A stretch of 53,258 nt of DNA from NCBI RefSeq assembly GCF_001194135.2, contig NC_068985.1, forward strand, positions 24,765,416 to 24,818,673, read 5' to 3'. Position 1 is the stretch's first letter, and every line of letters starts with the position of its first letter. Of the stretch, positions 12,521-23,830 are shown one piece after another. Below the pieces are notes generated by a model. The model made no database searches, was not told the origin of the DNA, and was given only the letters and a program-made list of their open reading frames with translations. The DNA is from Octopus bimaculoides (Eukaryota). The translations under genes and the position numbers were made by a program.

Positions 12521-13159
12521 CCTGCAGAGAATGTAAAACAGCACCATTATCAATATATCATCACTAAATAACTAACCCACTCAAAGCTCCAACAATCCTT
12601 TCAGTAACCTGACACAACTGCTGACATACCTTCCATAATTATGAATTAATTACTAAGATTTAATCTAAACGAGGTTAAAAGTTGATAATAAAAAGGATTG
12701 TTCGTAGACCCGTTGATCTTTTTTTGCTCAAATTAGTGCAATATCATCTATTATCATTTACTTATTTTAATGACTGGACTGCAGCCTTGTTGAGACACCA
12801 CCACCTTGAAGGGTTTGATAAAACAAATCAACCTCAGTGCCCAAGAGGCACAACAAAATAAGTGGTGCAGTAAAATTTCAACTCATGGCCATATGGCTAA
12901 TAGTCCAGCATATTAAATCCACACAACATCAAGCAATATCTGATACTCTCTTGTCAACACCTAACCAAAGTATCTCAAATAAGATGTATCATGCATCTAA
13001 GAAGATGGTTAATGGCATCATCCCTATAGCAATATGGTGAATATGTTAAACATCATGCAGAAGCAAAAGCACAAGGGGAACTTTCATCTTGATGATGGAC
13101 TCTCCAGCCAAAGATGACATATGAGTGTTAAACCTTCACAAATGAGTAATGTGAAATAA

Positions 13160-13258
13160 AAGTGTCTTGCTCAAGGACACTACGTGTCACTGGGAAATGA
13201 ACTCATGACCTCACGATTGTCAGCTGAATGCCCTAACCACTAAGCCACATGCCTTCAC
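13160..13258 (-). mobile_element. SINE family D head fragment
   Basis: Homology to 30055-30154. Confidence 0.65.
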
Positions 13259-13329
13259 TATATGAATATATATACGTATGTATGTATAGATGGATAGATG
13301 AATATTTGTCTCCTTTCTTTGACATCACA

Positions 13330-13615
13330 TTAATAGCTGTAACTAAAACTGTTATATGAGCAGTATCATTTCCAATATTCTGCCAAAACATCTCTGGCCA
13401 TGGCAAAATATATCACCTTGCTTGGAAATAGGTGACAGTCAACAACAGGAAGGGCATCAAGCCACGGAAATCCTGCTTCAATAAACTTCAGACAAATTCA
13501 TGCATGGAAGGTAAAGTGGACATTAAAATGTTGAAGTTGATGATGCTGCTGATGATGATGATGACTATGGTGATGATGAGTACGATGATGATGATGATGA
13601 TGATGATTATGATAT
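13330..13615 (+). mobile_element. RTE-tail-like repeat with expanded (GAT)n
   Basis: caggaagggcatcaagcc...gtggacattaaaatg followed by (GAT)n. Confidence 0.55.
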
Positions 13616-13727
13616 AATCAATCCTCTCTCTCAGAAACTGTATCTCCCTAGAATTTACTTCCAACTGATTGATGCATTTACACATTACATTCATTGCAAA
13701 CCTCTGAGACTTTGGAGGTCATGATAC

Positions 13728-13821
13728 ACACATCCCTTCTGCTCTTCTGTGAGCCATCACTAATGGATTTATGAAAGCTTTTCCTTCTCTTTCCCACGAA
13801 GAAGGAAGTGGAAAATGTTTA
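13728..13821 (-). CDS. Candidate coding exon B, unknown protein
   Basis: Acceptor ttggtttagtttcag; one open frame (S)KHFPLPSSWEREGKAFINPLVMAHRRAEGMC; donor uncertain. Confidence 0.25.
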
Positions 13822-13963
13822 CTGAAACTAAACCAAATCAGACTAGATAATGAACCATAAATTAGATAAAGATAAATGGTTACACCCAGTACACAGCTGT
13901 ATAATAATTATTTCTTAATTAACCTAGACACCCTAGTAATATAAGGAAAGAGAAACTAAAAAC

Positions 13964-14018
13964 CTGCAGCAACGATATTTCATCCCAGGTGAAGAAAACA
14001 TTATGTTGTACCAAAGGT
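13964..14018 (-). CDS. Candidate coding exon A, unknown protein
   Basis: Acceptor tttctttctgtggtag, weak donor cag/gttttt; (D)LWYNIMFSSPGMKYRCC(S); phase-compatible with exon B. Confidence 0.25.
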
Positions 14019-14149
14019 CTACCACAGAAAGAAAAAAAATAACAGATGCTGCACTTGATGTTAGATTTAGTTCCTGAATGTTGAGAGCTCATCCTAATGA
14101 AATCAGTAGAATAAAAAGCAAGTAGCTACAGATGTTTATGTTTTTATCT

Positions 14150-14712
14150 GTTACTCGTTTCAGTTATTAGATTGCGGCCCTGCTGGGGCATCACCTTGAA
14201 GAATTTTAGTTGAATGAATAAACCCCACCGTACTTATTCTTTTTTATTATATTTATTTATTACTTCTTTTTTTTTTGTAAAGCCTGGTACCTATACAATC
14301 AGTCGTTTTTGGCTAAACTTTTAAGTTGCAGGGAGTAAACATGCCAACACTAGTTGCAAAATAGTTGTAGGGGACAAACACATACAAAAACCCACACACG
14401 CACACACAGACACATACACGTATATATGATGGGCTTCTTTCAGTTTTCATCTACCAAATTTACTCACAACACTTTGGTCGGCCCAAAGTGTCATGCAGTA
14501 GGACCTGAACTCAGAACCATGTGGTCGGGAAGTAAACAAACACATACATAAACCAACACACACACACATACACGTATATACGATGGGCTTCTTTCAGTTT
14601 CCATCTACCAAATTTACTCACAACACTTCGGTTGGTCCAAAGTGTCATGCAGTAGGACCTGAACTCAGAACCATGTGGTTGGGAAGTAAACTTCTTACCA
14701 CACAACCACACC
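14150..14712 (-). mobile_element. SINE A with tandem duplication of a deleted 5' part
   Basis: About 14411-14545 and 14565-14695 are near-identical. Confidence 0.8.
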
Positions 14713-15215
14713 TGCATCTAACAACAACGTTTATCAAAATCAATTGTAAATATTTTTGACAAATGGATTTTGAACCTAAAGAACTACACCTCTGCATTGT
14801 ATTATTTATAGCAAACTGATTTGGGTCATTGTCAGTCAAACAAAAACCATGAGCATTTCTTTCACAAACAGTCTGATAAATAATCCAAGTTCATTGAGAG
14901 TGGCTGGGAAAGAGAGAAATGTTTCTCAGTTTGAAGTTGATGACAAGGGATAGAGATAACCCATCTGAACTGGGTTTAGGGATTAGTACACCTGAAGCAT
15001 TATGAGAGAAGGTCATTTTTAATTAAGAGTACATTGCAAGTACAAGGATTGTTAACATTTCAAAATATCTTTTGTTGTGGTTGTTGTTACTGTTATTATT
15101 ATAATTATTTGTATTGTCCCCCTCATCCTTCACCCCTGTGGCAAATAAATGAAATTATTATTATTATTATTATTATATTATTATTATTATTATTATCATC
15201 ATCATCGTTTTTATT

Positions 15216-15430
15216 AAGGTGGTGAGCCGGCACAATCATAAGCGCAACAGACAAAATGCTTATCGGCATTTCATCCAGCTATACATTCTAAGTTCAAATT
15301 CCACTAAAACTGACTTTCTCTTTTATCCTTTCAGAATTGATAAGATAAGTACTAGACAAGCGTTGAAATTGATATAATCAACTGGCCCTCTCCTGCAAAA
15401 TTTCAGGCCTTGTGCCTATCATATAAAGTA
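15216..15430 (+). mobile_element. tRNA-derived SINE family E in an (ATT)n tract
   Basis: aaggtggtgagccggc...ctaagttcaaattcc...caggccttgtgcct, flanked by ATT repeats. Confidence 0.8.
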
Positions 15431-15454
15431 TTATCATCATTATAATTATTATTA

Positions 15455-15650
15455 TTATATCAGACATACATTGACACCACCAGGAATAAACTGAGTAACA
15501 ATTGTTCCATTGCCCTTCTCCGTATTCCTCATGAACTAAAGTTGTAGATTCTTTACAAGACTCAAGTAATGCCGTTTTCCAGAAGTGCTATATTTTCATT
15601 TTCATGCCTGTCTTTTCCAACTACTTTTCAATTTCTTTGTTCAACCATGC
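15455..15650 (-). mobile_element. Probable 3' end of an RLE-type (R4/Dong-like) non-LTR retrotransposon
   Basis: NKEIEK*LEKTGMKMKI*HFWKTALL resembles the C-terminal LQKxALLGTARILR region of R4-clade elements; ends in (TAA)n. Confidence 0.5.
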
Positions 15651-16492
15651 ATCATCATCATTATTATTATTAATCCTACCATCCTAAAAAAAAGAAAAAG
15701 GAACAAGCCATACAATAATGTAGTACAGGATACACTGTACCTCAAATAAAAAGATATAAGCTTTCTCAAGACGGCCTGTCAGGGACCTAAACAAACATGA
15801 CATTAATCTCATTCTCCAGCACCACTAAACAACATTTTCATGAATGCTTCTTTACAATAAACTATTACAAGGTCAGCAAGTCATGGCAAATGTTAAACCT
15901 CTGCTAACAACAGTTAAGAATCTAGAAACGTTTGGAGCTGCCTTCCTTACTTACTTGAATAGATAATAATATAGGTAACAATAAATGTTTCCCTAATCAC
16001 TGAATTTAAACTGTAGTTATTTTCTGATGTTCAAAATATTGGAAATAGTTAACCCACTGTTCTAGTTAATACTAATAAGTCAAGAGGTGATATCTTGAGG
16101 GACAAGGATGTTCAAATCAAAGATGGACTGAGAAAGTGAGAGAAATCAGTGAAGTACACCAATGGTTGTTGTAGCTGTTGTTGTTGTTGTTGCTGCTGCT
16201 ACTGTTGTTGTTACTATTAAGTACCAGAGCTGCTCAGATCAAATTGACCCATGGTCAATGACATTCCAACGGTGACCTACTAATCTTATTTTGAGGTGTA
16301 GTATATTTAGGACTGGCTGAATGGTTAAGAACATTGTTGTATGACTATGAGGTTTCAAATTCAATCTAACAGCATGGCAATTAAGGCAAGCCTGTTTTAT
16401 CATACATGGCCATTAACCTTAAGCAAACCCAAATATTGTAAGTGAAATTGATTAAATAGAAACTCTTTCAAAGATTGTTAGAACAATCTGTA

Positions 16493-16705
16493 CATCATCA
16501 TCTCATCTTTTAATGTCCATTTTCCTAAGATGACATGAACCGGACAGTTTGATATGACCTGGTGAGTTGAAGGACCACGCCAAGCTCCAGGGTCAGCTTT
16601 GGCTTGGTTTCTATGGCTAGCTGCCCTTTGACAACCACATACACCGGATGCATTTTTTCATGCCACCAGCACTAGTGACATTGCCAAGTAACTAGCAAAA
16701 TAGAA
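16493..16705 (-). mobile_element. RTE 3' tail (family B), diverged
   Basis: catcatc...tttaatgtccatttt...gtttctatggctagctgccc. Confidence 0.6.
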
Positions 16706-16868
16706 AAAGGAGGGGGGTGAGAGGGGGCGTGGCTTTATACTAGGAATTGAAAGGGTAAAGTATAATAGAGAGACAAGCCCAGATGTCTTGCTATTAAGGA
16801 GTTGCCTGTAATTTTTTAAAAATCCAGCCTTCTCACAGTCGCACTGATTCTACTACCCAAGACTTACA

Positions 16869-17063
16869 TTAACCTTTTAGCATTCAAACTGGCCATATCC
16901 AGCCCAAATATTCTATTCAAACTGTTTTCTATTTAAACTGGCCATTCCTGGCCACTCACACATACCCTGCAATAAATAATCACATCGTCAAAATCTCAAA
17001 ACTGCAAGATAAATGCATGATTAATTCAAAACAACATGAATAATCTGAATGCTAAAGGGTTAA
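16869..17063. mobile_element. piggyBac-like MITE family P2
   Basis: TTAA-ccttttagcattca ... tgaatgctaaaggg-TTAA. Confidence 0.8.
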
Positions 17064-17274
17064 GGGTATATATGTCTATGGGGGTATTCAACTACTTGCA
17101 TGCTGAATCAGTGTGTAAAACAGTTCAGTTTAGTTGAATGAACAAATGAACATTCAATCAAAAGTGACAGCAATCGACATTTCTATTTAATGTGTCTTTT
17201 GAGGTGAAATTAGTACAGTGCGTGTTTGTGAAGATTTTTAGCTGGTGTTTCTAGCAGGTCCAGTGACTAGTATA

Positions 17275-17610
17275 ATTTCTTTATTGCCCACAAGGGACTA
17301 AACATAGAGGAGACAAACAAGGACAGACAAAGGGAGTAAGTCGATTACATCGACCCCAGTGCGTAACTGGTACTTAATTTATCGACCCCGAAAGGATGAA
17401 AGGCAAAGTTGACCTCGGCGAAATTTGAACTCAGAACGTAACGGCAGACAAAATACCGCCAAGCATTTTGCCCAGCGTGCTAGAAGTTAGATGGGAGTGG
17501 CNNNNNNNNNNCCCGAAAGGATGAAAGGCAAAGTTGACCTCGGCGAAATTTGAACTCAGAACGTAACGGCAGACAAAATACCGCCAAGCATTTTGCCCAG
17601 CGTGCTAGAA
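17275..17610 (-). mobile_element. SINE E; part duplicated across a 10-N gap (likely artefact)
   Basis: Identical sequence on both sides of 17502-17511. Confidence 0.8.
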
Positions 17611-18309
17611 GTTAGATGGGAGTGGCTATTCATGTCTTCCACAAGAAGATTTATGCAGTTAATAGTCATTACATCCTGGAACTTGAAATAGCTAGCAGTA
17701 ACTAGCGTAGAAACTACATTATGGTGTGTGTGTGTGTGTGTGTGGAGGGGGGGGGTATTGTTGCCATGGTATTGGTGGTGGTAGTGGTGTTGGTGGCGGA
17801 GGAGGTGAAGGTGGTTGTTGTGGTGGTCATTATGGCCGTGGTATTGGTTGTGATGATGGTGTTGGTGATGATGGTGGTAGCGATGACGGGTAGGGATTTG
17901 TACTTTGGCTTAAGACTAAAGATTAAGGAAATTAGTGTAATAATCAGCCTAATCAAATTCAGCAATTGATGGTACTTAATTCACTGACCCTGGAAAGTAT
18001 AAATTGTTAAAGTCAGACTCAGAGTAGAGTTTGAATTTAGAACATAAACCAAATACCATAAAATATCACATTTGATTTATTACTCTCCTGACTTCTAACA
18101 AAATCCAGCACAGGTAATGGTAATAATCCTCTCTCTTCTTTGCTGTTATTGTAGGTGTGGTTGTTGTGGTGGTGGTAGTAGTAGTAGTAGTAAAAATGAT
18201 GAGAGAGGGTGTAGAGCACAGAAGTTATTTTACTATAAGTGACCACCAGCTTTGTCTTTTCCCTGTATGTTTTTCATGACTTGCTTTGTCTTTTGTATAT
18301 ACATATATT

Positions 18310-18521
18310 CTCTTTACTCTTATACTTGTTTCAATCATTTTGACTGTGGCCATGCTGGAGCACCGACTTTAGTCGAGAAAATCGACCCCAGGACTTATTC
18401 TTTGTAAAGCCTAGTACTTATTCTATCGGGCTCTTTTGCTGAACCGCTAAGTTACAGGGGACGTAAACACACCACCATTGGTTGTCAAGTGATGTTGGTG
18501 GGGACAAATACAGACACACAA

Positions 18522-18565
<44 letters not shown>

Positions 18566-18722
18566 GACGGGCTTCTTTCAGTTTCTGTCTACCAAATCCA
18601 CTCACAAGGCTTTGGTCGGCTTGAGGCTATAATAGAAGACACTTGCCCAAGGTGCCACACAGTGGGACTGAACCTGGAACCACGTGGTTTGTAAGCAAGC
18701 TACTTACCACACAGCCACTCCT
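18310..18722 (-). mobile_element. SINE family A, full length
   Basis: Complete homology, internal (CA)n. Confidence 0.9.
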
Positions 18723-18957
18723 ACACCTATATATATATATATATATATATACACCTATATATATATATATACACCTATATATATATATATACACCTATAT
18801 ATATATATATACACCTATATATATATATACACCTATACATATATATATACACCTATACATATATATATACACCTATACATATATATATACACCTATACAT
18901 ATATATATACACCTATACATATATATATACACCTATACATATATATATATATATATA
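18723..18957. repeat. Minisatellite of about 20-24 bp, cacctata(c/t)(at)n
   Basis: Direct reading. Confidence 0.95.
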
Positions 18958-19759
18958 GCACTCACTTCTTGTTCTTCAAGAGAAATTTTCAGTGCAGCCA
19001 TTGCAAGTGCACACACACACACACACACACACACATTGTCCACCTTAAAAGAAACACTTGTATGCAAAAATAAAAATATATGTGTGTATGTGTATGCATA
19101 CACATACACAGAGAGGGAGGGAGAGAGGTTGAGAGAAAAGTTGAGATTCAGTTGGACATGAGTTAAAACAACAAAAAAAAAAGAACAGTAATAAACAAGA
19201 GAAAAAAATATATATAGTGTGTTTATTTGGCAAAAAAAAAAAATGGCCTCCCCGAAATACAACAATATCTGTTTCAACACACGATTTCACATCAGGAATC
19301 ATGCAAAATGAATGGCTAAATATACAATATATATATATTCAAGTACATTCTCACCTAAATTTATGCATTGAAAGCCCTGAGGAAATGTACTACAATTGTG
19401 GCTGGGTTAGTGATAAAGTAACAACCAACAGCACAATGTTACTCAGCTTAAACTGGAAACTGAATAAGTCTTATTGTTAAATACTTTTCATAAAAGGAAC
19501 AAAGAGAAAGTGAGGAAGAGAGAAAGAGAAGTGGGCTGAGGCGAGATTATAAGCTTCATTCAGGTCTCTCAACCCCTTTATTTTTGTTTCTCGTGTATAA
19601 TAAGGTAAATGTAATTTGACACACTACCTGAGGCTAATCAGAGATCTTCAGCATCAAACAGGTAAGTTTTAATGTTTCACTTATAATATTAAGAATTACT
19701 GATTTAAATAGCAAAGATATTACCTGTGGATATTACCTGAAGTTCAAAGTGACTACAGG

Positions 19760-20656
19760 NNNNNNNNNNNNNNNNNNNNNNNNNNNNNNNNNNNNNNNNN
19801 NNNNNNNNNNNNNNNNNNNNNNNNNNNNNNNNNNNNNNNNNNNNNNNNNNNNNNNNNNNNNNNNNNNNNNNNNNNNNNNNNNNNNNNNNNNNNNNNNNNN
19901 NNNNNNNNNNNNNNNNNNNNNNNNNNNNNNNNNNNNNNNNNNNNNNNNNNNNNNNNNNNNNNNNNNNNNNNNNNNNNNNNNNNNNNNNNNNNNNNNNNNN
20001 NNNNNNNNNNNNNNNNNNNNNNNNNNNNNNNNNNNNNNNNNNNNNNNNNNNNNNNNNNNNNNNNNNNNNNNNNNNNNNNNNNNNNNNNNNNNNNNNNNNN
20101 NNNNNNNNNNNNNNNNNNNNNNNNNNNNNNNNNNNNNNNNNNNNNNNNNNNNNNNNNNNNNNNNNNNNNNNNNNNNNNNNNNNNNNNNNNNNNNNNNNNN
20201 NNNNNNNNNNNNNNNNNNNNNNNNNNNNNNNNNNNNNNNNNNNNNNNNNNNNNNNNNNNNNNNNNNNNNNNNNNNNNNNNNNNNNNNNNNNNNNNNNNNN
20301 NNNNNNNNNNNNNNNNNNNNNNNNNNNNNNNNNNNNNNNNNNNNNNNNNNNNNNNNNNNNNNNNNNNNNNNNNNNNNNNNNNNNNNNNNNNNNNNNNNNN
20401 NNNNNNNNNNNNNNNNNNNNNNNNNNNNNNNNNNNNNNNNNNNNNNNNNNNNNNNNNNNNNNNNNNNNNNNNNNNNNNNNNNNNNNNNNNNNNNNNNNNN
20501 NNNNNNNNNNNNNNNNNNNNNNNNNNNNNNNNNNNNNNNNNNNNNNNNNNNNNNNNNNNNNNNNNNNNNNNNNNNNNNNNNNNNNNNNNNNNNNNNNNNN
20601 NNNNNNNNNNNNNNNNNNNNNNNNNNNNNNNNNNNNNNNNNNNNNNNNNNNNNNNN
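19760..20656. other. Assembly gap
   Basis: N run. Confidence 1.
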
Positions 20657-21349
20657 GAGAGAGAGAGAGGGGGAGAGAGAGAGAGGGGGAGAGAGAGGGG
20701 GAGAGAGATGCAGTTTAAAACAGTGAAATATGTATTGATGTAAGGTTCTTGTTTAAACTCAGCCAGGGTCTGAGTGCAAAGTATTCCAACCATGAACATC
20801 GTCATCATCATCATCATTTATCACCCACTTTCCCATGTTCATATGGGTCGGACAGAATTCACTGAGGCAGATTTTCTATGGCCTGATGCCCTTCCTCTGC
20901 ATGAACACTGCTTCTGTAACAGTGAGGATTGTTTACAACTGTCACAAGAGACAGAGACATACACATACATACATACATACATAAACACACAGACATAAAC
21001 AGATATGTCACCATCATCATCATTTAACATCTGTCTTCCATGCTGATATAGGTTGGGTTCTCTCTTTCTCTCATTCTCACACACAGAGAAAAGAAGGCTC
21101 TTTTGGGTTTTGTTTACTGTGACTGTTCACAAGACTTTTGGTCAGCTCAGGGCTAGAGTAGAAAAGAAAATACTATTCCAAAGTATCACACAGTGGGACT
21201 GAACATGACACCACATGGTTAGGAAGCAGGCTTCTCAACCACTCAGCCATGCCACACATCCTATCTTATTTTCATATTACATGCCCTGGATAACACTCTT
21301 AAATATAGCCCCTAACTCCTGCAGCTTTTTTTTTTTTTTTTTTTTTTTT

Positions 21350-22117
21350 NNNNNNNNNNNNNNNNNNNNNNNNNNNNNNNNNNNNNNNNNNNNNNNNNNN
21401 NNNNNNNNNNNNNNNNNNNNNNNNNNNNNNNNNNNNNNNNNNNNNNNNNNNNNNNNNNNNNNNNNNNNNNNNNNNNNNNNNNNNNNNNNNNNNNNNNNNN
21501 NNNNNNNNNNNNNNNNNNNNNNNNNNNNNNNNNNNNNNNNNNNNNNNNNNNNNNNNNNNNNNNNNNNNNNNNNNNNNNNNNNNNNNNNNNNNNNNNNNNN
21601 NNNNNNNNNNNNNNNNNNNNNNNNNNNNNNNNNNNNNNNNNNNNNNNNNNNNNNNNNNNNNNNNNNNNNNNNNNNNNNNNNNNNNNNNNNNNNNNNNNNN
21701 NNNNNNNNNNNNNNNNNNNNNNNNNNNNNNNNNNNNNNNNNNNNNNNNNNNNNNNNNNNNNNNNNNNNNNNNNNNNNNNNNNNNNNNNNNNNNNNNNNNN
21801 NNNNNNNNNNNNNNNNNNNNNNNNNNNNNNNNNNNNNNNNNNNNNNNNNNNNNNNNNNNNNNNNNNNNNNNNNNNNNNNNNNNNNNNNNNNNNNNNNNNN
21901 NNNNNNNNNNNNNNNNNNNNNNNNNNNNNNNNNNNNNNNNNNNNNNNNNNNNNNNNNNNNNNNNNNNNNNNNNNNNNNNNNNNNNNNNNNNNNNNNNNNN
22001 NNNNNNNNNNNNNNNNNNNNNNNNNNNNNNNNNNNNNNNNNNNNNNNNNNNNNNNNNNNNNNNNNNNNNNNNNNNNNNNNNNNNNNNNNNNNNNNNNNNN
22101 NNNNNNNNNNNNNNNNN
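21350..22117. other. Assembly gap
   Basis: N run. Confidence 1.
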
Positions 22118-22155
<38 letters not shown>

Positions 22156-22238
22156 ATTAGGTAATAAATCGTATGGTATACACCTGGTAGCTTACTGGCA
22201 AAGCACGTTCACTTTCAGAGTTCATTGGGTATTTGATT

Positions 22239-22498
22239 AATGAGAGAGACAGAAGAAGGAAGATATGAGAACGCTTATTGATCACTACAATTATTTCGAC
22301 CCATCTAACATCAGTCCTTCATGGGTAGGATACTGAACAACTGGTTTAGGAGTATCCTTCAGTGTATTTGTGTCTCTTCAGCTGATTACAAAATGTATAT
22401 TATTAAATAATGTCTGTTCTGCAAGATTTTTTCTCAGTCAAAACAATTGTAGTAATCAATAAACATGCTCGTATCTTCCATCTTTCATCTCTCTCATT
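22239..22498 (-). mobile_element. Penelope-like terminal fragment with hammerhead-like motif and inverted end (G1)
   Basis: Minus strand atcag-CTGAAGA-gac...gtc-GAAA-taattgta-gtgat (22280-22386); 22239-22296 is inverted at 22441-22498. Confidence 0.5.
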
Positions 22499-22545
22499 AT
22501 TTTTATATATATATATATATATATAAAATATACAAGAATATACAA

Positions 22546-22585
<40 letters not shown>

Positions 22586-22760
22586 ATGGTATATATTCCG
22601 TTAGGAACATGGTAGAGTATAGTATAAAGCTCGTCCACCTTCAAAATTGTCCAGTATTATCTGGTAGTATTATTATATACTTCCAAGTTTAAGTTTGGGC
22701 GTTCATCATGTGTGAATATAAAATTGAAGAAATTATAGTCAACAAGATGACTATAATTTG

Positions 22761-23103
22761 ACAGTTATTTTTTAATCGCTACAATTGTTTCAATGCAACG
22801 TAATTCTCCAAGAATACAGGTATTTGATTATGCAGATGTTGTTTGCAAAATGAGATCTAGTTGTGTTTCCTCAGGTGGTATATGAATGTTGTCTCTGTTA
22901 GTTTAAAATCATCAACTTCAAGGCCATTTCCTCCGTCCATCATGGTTTGAATTTAGTCGTAGCTGATAGACTCATGGGTTGTGCTGCCAGAGTTTTTTAA
23001 CAACTAGATCTCATTATGCAAACAATAGTTGCATAATCAAATACCAGTATTCTTGGAGAACCACATTGAGTGGAAATAATTGCAGCGATTAAAAAATAAC
23101 TGT
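22761..23103. mobile_element. Inverted-repeat element with hammerhead-like motif (G2)
   Basis: Arms 22761-22864 and 23000-23103; minus strand CTGAGGA...GAAAcaattgTA-gcgat. Confidence 0.55.
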
Positions 23104-23579
23104 TCAATCAAACTCTTTCTTGTTGACTTCAGTGGTAGAAGAATAATATACAAAAGTGATAATAAACCTTTTTTCTTATTAATTTAAAGCTTAGCCGGGA
23201 GAATGGGACTATGTCGAGAACATTGACAGCTGGAAAAACCAATTGTATTTATGTTCAGTTTGAACATCTAATAGTTAAGGTCAGCACTCAAAAAAAACAA
23301 TAATCTTTGGTACAAAAGATATCCTAGACAATTGATGTCTTTTTTTAGAATAAGGTTTAGATAGTATTGTTACTGTAGAGAACCAAATGGTGAAGCACAG
23401 TTAGGGGCTGAAATGGGGAGAGACTGATGATTTGAGTGGACTTAGGTGAAAAGTGGCTTGCAACTAATTTTGAGGAACAGAGGCCATTATATTAGTAACA
23501 AAATAGAGAGAGAATGTAGTGTGTTGACAAGTGAGCCTTTGTCAATTAGTCAAATTGTTTTTTTTTTCTTGTTTTTATA

Positions 23580-23830
23580 ATGTCAGAGAGAGACAGAGAG
23601 ATAGATAGAAGAGAGTGAGAGAGCAAGAGAGAATGAGAAAGCAAGAGAGAGTGAGTGGGCAACAGAGAGTGAGAGAGCAACAGAGAGTGAGAGAGCAAGG
23701 AAGAGCGAGAGCAAGGAAGAGATTGATCAAGATAGAGGAAGAGCAAGAGAGAGCAAGAACAAAAGCTAGAGAGTGAAAGCGAAAGCAAGCAAGAGTGAGA
23801 GCAAGTGTGAGAAACAGACAGACAGACAGA
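23580..23830. repeat. GA-rich degenerate tandem repeat (gagagcaa units) plus (GACA)n
   Basis: Direct reading. Confidence 0.85.

Noticed and set aside
13488-13821. In-frame TGA (13721-13719) followed by more open frame, suggesting selenocysteine or readthrough
   Set aside because: The downstream frame runs into an (ATC)n microsatellite, no SECIS or selenoprotein motif is visible, and an upstream donor is available
17385-17625. Exact tandem duplication of about 115 bp
   Set aside because: Identical on both sides of a 10-N gap; most likely an unmerged contig overlap
18723-18957. Regularly spaced direct repeats resembling a CRISPR array
   Set aside because: No unique spacers; an (AT)n-based minisatellite in a eukaryote
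19749-22156. ORFs of more than 300 aa in the track (also 2775-3279, 43041-43833)
   Set aside because: Mostly N-runs translated as X; the real part of 43099-43833 is a decayed mariner
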